Shown piece after piece: positions 8,040 to 17,000 of a stretch of DNA of 17,000 nt. A program made the translations under genes and the position numbers. Source of the stretch: Takakia lepidozioides (Eukaryota > Plantae > Bryophyta); NCBI GenBank assembly GCA_030704615.1, contig JAKLZA010000182.1, positions 1 to 17,000 of the forward strand. The letters are read 5' to 3'. A model generated the notes under the pieces. The model was not told the origin of the DNA and searched no databases. It worked only from the letters and a program-made list of their open reading frames with translations. Every line of letters begins with the position of its first letter. The stretch's first letter is position 1.

Positions 8040-8763
8040 TGTCGCGGCCCTTTGCCTTGAGGGCAGGGGGTCGGGACACATGAGGGGCTGCCCCTGTGGT
8101 GGGGGCAGCGGCAGCGATAGGTATGGGGGGCTGAAGCACCCTTGAGTGCCCAAGGCACTCAAGGAGGCGGAGGCGCTCACTAGGTGGAGCCCCGCACACC
8201 GGGTTGCGGTGGAGGTGGCTCCACAAGGGGTGGTGGTAGCTTAGTGGGACTTAGTGGGGGTGGCATAGGACTCACCATGGGGTGGAGACCTCGTGGTGGG
8301 AGTCGTGGGGAGTCTTGGGACTCATCACGGTCCATTGGGGCCGCGGTGAGTGGGCCAAGACTCACCGCGACTCACCACCGGGAGTCGAGGGTTTTCGTGG
8401 TGGTTCGCCATAAAATGGCATGGCTGGTTATGAAACCCCCGCGGACAGCTACAGAAGTATATATAGGGAGTAGTAACCCCGAGAACGGTGCAAGCCCGTT
8501 GGTGACCAAAAACTAGTGAGTAAGCGAGCGAGCCGGAAAGCGACCAAAGAGTGGGGAGCTGTTCCGGACTGCCATCTACCAAAGGGAATTCTCCTAGTCC
8601 CAAATAGGTGGAGGGTTTAGAGGGAAGCGAAGGGGGACCGTTATGTCCCGGTGAGCAGCCGAAGCTCCAAGTTGGCCCGGCGGCCAGGTTGGGAGTCAGG
8701 CGCGCGCATCAAAGCGAGTAACTATGACTTGAAGGGGAGTTTACCGAAGTGAGGTGCGCGACA
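8040..8763 (+). repeat. 3' LTR (724 bp)
   Basis: By eye it differs from the 5' LTR at two substitutions (ctcgAgg/ctcgTgg; ggagCtta/ggagTtta) and one extra G in a G-run. Confidence 0.96.
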
Positions 8764-10361
8764 TCTCTGGGTGGGGGGTGGGAAAAATTAGAGACTCGAT
8801 TACCACTGTTCATAGTAGGAAACCATTGTTCAGCATGCTAAAAAGTGCCATTCATGACATGCCATGTCATTCAGTCTGTATTTTTGGTCAGCTTACATAC
8901 CAAGGCATAACCAACCATCCTCATTTATTGTTGGCCAAAAACTAGTATAGTTTTGGGTCTTTGTATCATTGGACATACCAAAGTGATGAGCAGTAAGTAT
9001 CCATGTCCAAATAAAGATCCATTGATCACTGTTCATGGCTGGAAATGTCTGTTTGTCTTAAAGAAGCCATTTATGATCATAGAAGGCTTAAGAACAAAAT
9101 AAGAGCATTTCTTTACATAAAGAACATCACCAAAGCAGGGTTACGGACTGATATTTGGCAGCTTATACAACAGGTTATGATCAGCTGCCCTACTTTGCAC
9201 ATCAAGTCACTTATTGACACCATGTTTTTTTGCCCCATGATCCGTTTTAGATTTGGGGCTGGTGTGTAATTTCAACGACAGGGTAGAGTAATATTCCCAC
9301 CTCTTATTCCATGCCCCAAGACCAAGTTCTATGTCCGGGGTAGGGAAATCATTACCATAACAGGCTGTAATCAGATTTACATGCCATGCAAATCATAGGA
9401 AACACAAAAATCTGAATTGCTCGTCCATCAGGCCTGCAGGTTACTTTGGTATTATTTATCCTAAAGCAACTTGAATACAATGCCTGAATCATTCTGTTCA
9501 CATCTACCAATGTCTTACCATTTTGGAAAATAGGTAAACATTCAAGGGCATATAACCAAGGACCAGATTTGGCCACAAAAGATCCATCCATATCAGTTTG
9601 GCATGGTATCAAGTGTCCTAAAGTGACCAGCTTCTAAAAGGGCTAAGTTTCAATGCTTGTACATTCAAGAACACTGTCTGGTCATGAAAACAGGTCTGCC
9701 CTACATTGTAGCATGTTACCAGATCTCTTTAAAGCCATCAGCTTGTGAGGACCCTCACCTGGTCCCATCACATGCAATCAGAAACAGTTAAGTTAGAGAC
9801 GATGTGGAACCCCAGGTGAATCGCAGGTCTCACGCTTGTTATCGCTGTACAACATGCAATACAAAGCAAGGGCAGAAAGGAAACAGAGCATATGCAAGCC
9901 AATACCTTGATGGCTTGTGGAAGAGAGGCCTGCGCCATAGCTCTCAAGACCAGCAAACAAGAATGCGCAACAAAATGTACAAAGCATGCACAAAGAAAGT
10001 GAATCGCCCAAACTTAAAGAGTTCAGACACTTCCCCGAGGCCTTAAGATCGCCGCTTGTACCTTAATGATCAATGAAGGTCACAGCAAGCAACCACACAC
10101 AGGTAGATCGCCCGCCAAGCATTAGAGAACCGCCACAGGGAAATTGCAGGTACTGCCGCCATTGCGCACCCCGAGAGGGGAAGAAGGTACTGAATCTTGC
10201 CAGAACACTAAATGCCTTAATGGCGCAGCTCCATGGCATTCAAGGGCGCCTGAATCGAGGTCCATGCGCCCCCCCGCCACCATCTCTCAGCTCCAGCCAT
10301 CCCTTAAGCACGATCGTCGTGCAGAGGGTTAGGGCAGGGAAGAGATGAAGCGCGATTTCCC

Positions 10362-10535
10362 GATTTCATCCACGTGATTTCTCACGATTTCATCCATTCG
10401 GATGAAATCCATCACACGGGGTGAACTCTACCGCGCAGGATGAAATCTATCGTGATTTCATCCGCGTCGGATGAAATCGTCTATCGATTTTTCATCCGTG
10501 TCATCCTCTGAGGATGACATCCATTTATGGATGAA
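10362..10535. repeat. Cluster of inverted GGATGAA/TTCATCC motifs (repeated at ~13793-13970)
   Basis: TTCATCC at 10365, 10389, 10457, 10491; GGATGAA at 10400, 10438, 10469, 10529; further CATCC/GGATG cores at 10501-10522. Confidence 0.85.
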
Positions 10536-10915
10536 AAAATTAAATAATATGATGGCTCCATTAGGATCCCGACCTTATACCAAAAATCCGGGTAATGTAA
10601 ATAACCGAAATTAACCAAATTCCAAGAAGGTTAATTAGGGGTTAGGTAACATACCACTGGTCTTAAACTATCAAGTTTTAAGAGAACCAGCCAGATCCAT
10701 GGAGGGAGGGAGAGAGAGGGAGAGAGATGGAACCCACCAACCATCCCCTGGTATGGCAGCTCCTTATGGAGTGAGTGTGGTATGAGTGCATACCAGACCC
10801 CATCACATAAATGACCTCCCTCTTCTTTGTAGCTTTTACTTCTGGTTACAAAGGAACCATAGAAATAAACATGCCTACGATCTCAACTCTCCAAGGTCAA
10901 CAAACAAAACAAGCC

Positions 10916-11416
10916 GTGACAATCAAAGGTACATCAACACTTACATCATGTAGAGTTTTACCTTTTAGCTACACATAAGCTCTGATAATGGAAAGATGAG
11001 GGCCAATGAAGGGACCTTAACTCCGAAATTCATGAAGCAACAAACAGGAAAGAAACTTTTATCAACCCTTTAGTGTTTACCTAGCCCATATTTTTGGGTA
11101 CCGCATGTGTACAAAACCAATGGGGGTAGGTTTAGGCAATGAATTTTTCTGCCATTGGCATGTTCCAAGTTGGCAAGTTGTGACACAAACGAAGGTACAT
11201 CAACACATACATCAAAATGTAGAGTTTTACCTTTTAGTTTATATATAAGCTCTGGTGACCGGAAGAAGAGGCCAGTGAAAGAACCCTCAATTCCCAAGGT
11301 CATAAAGTAACAATCGGGAAAACAATCTTATATCAGACTTTTAGTGTTTACCCACCCCTTGTTTTGGGTAAAACATGTGTACAAAACCAAAGGGGCAGGT
11401 ATTGGGGTCTGGCATG
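10916..11416. repeat. Diverged ~265-275 bp direct duplication inside the macro-repeat unit
   Basis: Shared blocks aaggtacatcaacac, atgtagagttttaccttttag, ataagctctg, tttagtgtttacc and catgtgtacaaaaccaa occur in both 10916-11162 and 11180-11416. Confidence 0.85.
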
Positions 11417-12193
11417 GGTTTACCACCTGGTATTCAGACAAAAATCTACCAGCAGCATATCATAATTGGGTATTTTTTTATGGTGCTATAAAGAGCAAAG
11501 CCATAACCAGGAGAAACATAGAAACATTTGAGCCAAAGAAAAGGAACTCATTCGTATCATAAGGTATCTAAATCTGACATAAGGCATCGGCTACATGGGA
11601 CCGGCAAACAAGAGTAATGTGCACTGACCGGATCATGTATAAGGTGTACACGTCTACTCCAGCAGGCTGTCTTACCAAGGCCTAGCTCAAAATTTCAGCA
11701 TTCAGAAGCCCTATAGATGTTCTATGCTTATCTCAGGTACCTTCAAGGATGCCTTACTCTCCATGCCCAATTAGCCAACATATTTTTGCTGGGAAGATCT
11801 TACCTTATGAAGGACTTGCTTGCTCCACACCATGGTCATGGCGGGAGAGGAGGCTGATATCTCATGGCTTTGGCCTTCCCATTGCCTTGGGTTCATCACT
11901 TCAACCAGGAACATATTTGATAACCTTTTGTCATGCTCAGACCAAGGTGTTAGTAAATCAAACATAAAACTGAAAACAGAAGGGAGATTGGTTGATAACG
12001 TGTACAAGAACCACCAAGTACACTGGTCTAAATCAGAGAGGGAAGATACTTATGTCTTGTCGAGACATGGACAAAGACCTGACAAGGTCATTGTAAAATT
12101 AACGACAAATCAGCCTCATAACGAGGCATTATCAACCATTCTTCATTCACAAGTCAGCTTTATGACAAATCCCAGACTTCAAAGTCAATGAAG

Positions 12194-15100
12194 TCTCTGG
12201 GGGGGGGGTGGGAAAAATTAGAGACTCGATTACCACTGTTCATAGTAGGAAACCATTGTTCAGCATGCTAAAAAGTGCCATTCATGACATGCCATGTCAT
12301 TCAGTCTGTATTTTTTGGTCAGCTTACATACCAAGGCATAACCAACCATCCTCATTTATTGTTGGCCCAAAAACTAGTATATTTTGGGTTCTTTGTATCA
12401 TTGGACATACCAAAGTGACTGAGCAGTAAGTATCCATGTCCAAATAAAGATCCATTGATCACTGTTCATGGCTGGAAATGTCTGTTTGTCTTAAAGAAGC
12501 CATTTATGATCATAGAAGGCTTAAGAACAAAATAAGAGCATTTCTTTACATAAAGAACATCACCAAAGCAGGGTTACGGACTGATATTTGGCAGCTTATA
12601 CAACAGGTTATGATCAGCTGCCCTACTTGCACATCAAGTCACTTATTGACACCATGTTTTTTGCCCCATGATCCGTTTTAGATTTGGGGCTGGTGTGTAA
12701 TTTCATAGAGTAATATTCCCACCTCTTATTCCATGCCCCAAGACCAAGTTCTATGTCCGGGGTAGGGAAATCATTACCAACAGGCTGTAATCAGATTTAC
12801 ATGCCATGCAATCATCCATAGGAAACACAAAGAATCTGAATTGCTCGTCCCATCAGGCCTGCAGGTTACTTTGGTATTATTTATCCTAAAGCAACTTGAA
12901 TACAATGCCTGAATCATTCTGTTCACATCTACCAATGTCTTACCATTTTGGAAAATAGGTAAACATTCAAGGGCATATAACCAAGGACCAGATTTGGCCA
13001 CAAAAGATCCATCCATATCAGTTTGGCATGGTATCAAGTGTCCTAAAGTGACCAGCTTCTAAAAGAGGCTAAGTTTCCAATGCTTGTACATTCAAGAACA
13101 CTGTCTGGTCATGAAAACAGGTCTGCCCTACATTGTAGCATGTTACCAGATCTCTTTAAAGCCATCAGCTTGTGAGGACCCTCACCTGGTCCCATCACAT
13201 GCAATCAGAAACAGTTAAGTTAGAGACGATGTGGAACCCCAGGTGAATCGCAGGTCTCACGCTTGTTATCGCTGTACAACATGCAATACAAAGCAAGGGC
13301 AGAAAGGAAACAGAGCATATGCAAGCCAATACCTTGATGGCTTGTGGAAGAGAGGCCTGCGCCATAGCTCTCAAGACCAGCAAACAAGAATGCGCAACAA
13401 AATGTACAAAGCATGCACAAAGAAAGTGAATCGCCCAAACTTAAAGAGTTCAGACACTTCCCCGAGGCCTTAAGATCGCCGCTTGTACCTTAATGATCAA
13501 TGAAGGTCACAGCAAGCAACCACAACACAGGTAGATCGCCCGCCAAGCATTAGAGACAACCGCCACAGGGAAATTGCAGGTACTGCCGCCATTGCGCACC
13601 CCGAGAGGGGAAGAAGGTACTGAATCTTGCCAGAACACCTAAATGCCTTAATGGCGCAGCTCCATGGCATTCAAGGGCGCCTGAATCGAGGTCCATGCGC
13701 CCCCCGCCACCATCTCTCAGCTCCAGCCATCCCTTAAGCACGATCGTCGTGCAGAGGGTTAGGGCAGGGAAGAGATGAAGCGCGATTTCCCGCGATTTCA
13801 TCCACGTGATTTCTCACGATTTCATCCATTCGGGATGAAAATCCATCACACGGGATGAACTCTACCGCGCAGGATGAAATCTATCGTGATTTCATCCGCG
13901 TCGGATGAAATCGTCTATCGATTTTTCATCCGTGTCATCCTCTGAGGATGACATCCATTTATGGATGAAAAAATTAAATAATATGATGGCTCCATTAGGA
14001 TCCCGACCTTATACCAAAAATCCGGGTAATGTAAATAACCGAAATTAACCAAATTCCAAGAAGGTTAATTAGGGGTTAGGTAACATACACTGGTCTTAAA
14101 CTATCAAGTTTTAAGAGAACCAGCCAGATCCATGGAGGGAGGGAGAGAGAGGGAGAGAGATGGAACCCACCAACCATCCCCTGGTATGGCAGCTCCTTAT
14201 GGAGTGAGTGTGGTATGAGTGCATACCAGACCCCATCACATAAATGACCTCCCTCTTCTTTGTAGCTTTTTACTTCTGGTTACAAAGGAACCATAGAAAT
14301 AAACATGCCTACGATCTCAACTCTCCAAGGTCAACAAACAAAACAAGCCGTGACAATCAAAGGTACATCAACACTTACATCAGAATGTAGAGTTTTACCT
14401 TTTAGCTACACATAAGCTCTGATAATGGAAAGATGAGGCCAATGAAGGGACCTTAACTCCGAAATTCATGAAGCAACAAACAGGAAAGAAACTTTTATCA
14501 ACCCTTTAGTGTTTACCTAGCCCATATTTTTGGGTACCGCATGTGTACAAAACCAATGGGGGTAGGTTTAGGCAATGAATTTTTCTGCCATTGGCATGTT
14601 CCAAGTTGGCAAGTTGTGACACAAACGAAGGTACATCAACACATACATCAAAATGTAGAGTTTTACCTTTTAGTTTATATATAAGCTCTGGTGACCCGGA
14701 AGAAGAGGCCAGTGAAAGAACCCTCAATTCCCAAGGTCATAAAGTAACAATCGGGAAAAATCTTATATCAGACTTTTAGTGTTTACCCACCCCTTGTTTT
14801 GGGTAAAACATGTGTACAAAACCAAAGGGGGCAGGTATTGGGGTCTGGCATGGGTTTACCACCTGGTATTCAGACAAAACATCTACCAGCAGCATATCAT
14901 AATTGGGTATTTTTTATGGTGCTATAAAGAGCAAAGCCATAACCAGGAGAAAATAGAACATTTGAGCCAAAGAAAAGGAACTCATTCGTATCATAAGGTA
15001 TCTAAATCTGACATAAGGCATCGGCTACATGGGACCGGCAAACAAGAGTAATGTGCACTGACCGGATCATGTATAAGGTGTACACGTCTACTCCAGCAGG

Positions 15101-15628
15101 CTGTCTTACCAAGGCCTAGCTCAAAATTTCAGCATTCAGAAGCCCTATAGATGTTCTATGCTTATCTCAGGTACCTTCAAGGATGCCTTACTCTCCATGC
15201 CCAATTAGCCAACATATTTTTGCTGGAGAAGATCTTACCTTATGAAGGACTTGCTTGCTCCACACCATGGTCATGGCGGGAGAGGAGGCTGATATCTCAT
15301 GGCTTTGGCCTTCCCATTGCCTTGGGTTCATCACTTCAACCAGGAACATATTTGATAACCTTTTGTCATGCTCAGACCAAGGTGTTAGTAAATCAACATA
15401 AAACTGAAAACAGAAGGGAGATTGGTTGATAACGTGTACAAGAAACCACCAAGTACACTGGTCTAAATCAGAGAGGGAAGATACTTATGTCTTGTCGAGA
15501 CATGGACAAAGACCTGACAAGGTCATTGTAAAATTAACGACAAATCAGCCTCATAACGAGGCATTATCAACCATTCTTCATTCACAAGTCAGCTTTATGA
15601 CAAATCCCAGACTTCAAAGTCAATGAAG
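12194..15628. repeat. Tandem macro-repeat, unit 2 (3435 bp)
   Basis: Near-identical to unit 1. Differences are mostly 1-4 bp indels plus a 9 bp deletion near 12705. Confidence 0.96.
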
Positions 15629-17000
15629 TCTCTGGGTGGGGGGTGGGAAAAATTAGAGACTCGATTACCACTGTTCATAGTAGGAAACCATTGTTCAGCA
15701 TGCTAAAAAGTGCCATTCATGACATGCCATGTCATTCAGTCTGTATTTTTTGGTCAGCTTACATACCAAGGCATAACCAACCATCCTCATTTATTGTTGG
15801 CCCAAAAACTAGTATAGTTTTGGGTTCTTTGTATCATTGGACATACCAAAGTGACTGAGCAGTAAGTATCCATGTCCAAATAAAGATCCATTGATCACTG
15901 TTCATGGCTGGAAATGTCTGTTTGTCTTAAAGAAGCCATTTATGATCATAGAAGGCTTAAGAACAAAATAAGAGCATTTCTTTACATAAAGAACATCACC
16001 AAAGCAGGGTTACGGACTGATATTTGGCAGCTTATACAACAGGTTATGATCAGCTGCCCTACTTTGCACATCAAGTCACTTATTGACACCATGTTTTTTG
16101 CCCCATGATCCGTTTTAGATTTGGGGCTGGTGTGTAATTTCAACGACAGGGTAGAGTAATATTCCCACCTCTTATTCCATGCCCCAAGACCAAGTTCTAT
16201 GTCCGGGTAGGGAAATCATTACCATAACAGGCTGTAATCAGATTTACATGCCATGCAATCATCCATAGGAAACACAAAGAATGAATTGCTCGTCCCATCA
16301 GGCCTGCAGGTTACTTTGGTATTATTTATCCTAAAGCAACTTGAATACAATGCCTGAATCATTCTGTTCACATCTACCAATGTCTTACCATTTTGGAAAA
16401 TAGGTAAACATTCAAGGGCATATAACCAAGGACCAGATTTGGCACAAAAGATCCATCCATATCAGTTTGGCATGGTATCAAGTGTCCTAAAGTGACCAGC
16501 TTCTAAAAGAGGCTAAGTTTCCAATGCTTGTACATTCAAGAACACTGTCTGGTCATGAAAACAGGTCTGCCCTACATTGTAGCATGTTACCAGATCTCTT
16601 TAAAGCCATCAGCTTGTGAGGACCCTCACCTGGTCCCATCACATGCAATCAGAAACAGTTAAGTTAGAGACGATGTGGAACCCCAGGTGAATCGCAGGTC
16701 TCACGCTTGTTATCGTTGTACAACATGCAATACAAAGCAAGGGCAGAAAGGAAACAGAGCATATGCAAGCCAATACCTTGATGGCTTGTGGAAGAGAGGC
16801 CTGCGCCATAGCTCTCAAGACCAGCAAACAAGAATGCGCAAAAATGTACAAAGCATGCACAAAGAAAGTGAATCGCCCAAACTTAAAGAGTTCAGACACT
16901 TCCCGAGGCCTTAAGATCGCCGCTTGTACCTTAATGATCAATGAAGGTCACAGCAAGCAACCACAACACAGGTAGATCGCCCGCCAAGCATTAGAGACAA
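15629..17000. repeat. Tandem macro-repeat, unit 3 (partial, runs off the window)
   Basis: Matches the first ~1370 bp of units 1 and 2. Confidence 0.95.

Larger units (their letters stand above)
1796..8763 (+). mobile_element. Full-length Ty3/gypsy LTR retrotransposon, chromovirus (Galadriel-like)
   Basis: Direct LTRs at 1796-2518 and 8040-8763, iMet PBS, domain order gag-PR-RT-RH-IN-chromodomain. The clade call rests on my recognition of Gag motifs (EPGTFEGVRNRKALNTWLLELEQYF; WLARDKMRNLKQT...FNFVAGLAPWA) and RNase H ([21 protein letters not shown]); it was not tested phylogenetically. Confidence 0.96.
8764..12193. repeat. Tandem macro-repeat, unit 1 (3430 bp; phase defined by the LTR junction)
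   Basis: tctctggg..gggtgggaaaaattagagactcg recurs at 8764, 12194 and 15629. Identical translated ORFs recur at about +3430 offsets. Confidence 0.96.

Noticed and set aside
8769-8782. G-quadruplex at the insertion junction (GGGTGGGGGGTGGG)
   Set aside because: It would need a zero-length loop, and the G-run is unreliable between copies.
8896-10820. 5S rRNA or U6/U5 snRNA in the tandem unit (CATACCAAGGC at ~8896; ACCAGACCCCATCA and TGACCTCCC at ~10792-10820; AGGATGACACG on the minus strand at ~10497-10507)
   Set aside because: Only isolated 9-14 nt matches without the colinear remainder of the genes.
8764-17000. Short ORFs (60-123 aa) in the tandem units as genes; Helitron or CACTA ends; CRISPR
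   Set aside because: No recognisable domains and frames vary between units. I found no hairpin-CTRR end, no paired CACTA TIRs and no repeat-spacer structure.

Overview
Eukaryotic, almost certainly plant, repeat-rich DNA with no recognisable host gene. (1) 1-494: partial LTR on the minus strand, running off the left edge. (2) 495-1795: 1.3 kb spacer with clustered GC-rich palindromes. (3) 1796-8763: a full-length, young Ty3/gypsy chromovirus resembling the Galadriel clade. It has near-identical 723/724 bp LTRs (TGTCGCG...CGCGACA), an initiator-Met PBS, and gag-PR-RT-RNaseH-IN-chromodomain broken only by three -1 shifts that A-run single-base losses would explain. It has no target-site duplication. 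(4) 8764-17000: a head-to-tail array of a ~3.43 kb unit (2.4 copies) carrying a dense GGATGAA/TTCATCC inverted-motif cluster and an old internal duplication. The most unusual feature is the element's ~0.9 kb non-coding region between pol and the 3' LTR. It is bracketed by two covarying hairpin+purine-tract modules and filled with an almost continuous chain of G-U-containing stem-loops, a candidate structured RNA domain carried by the retrotransposon.
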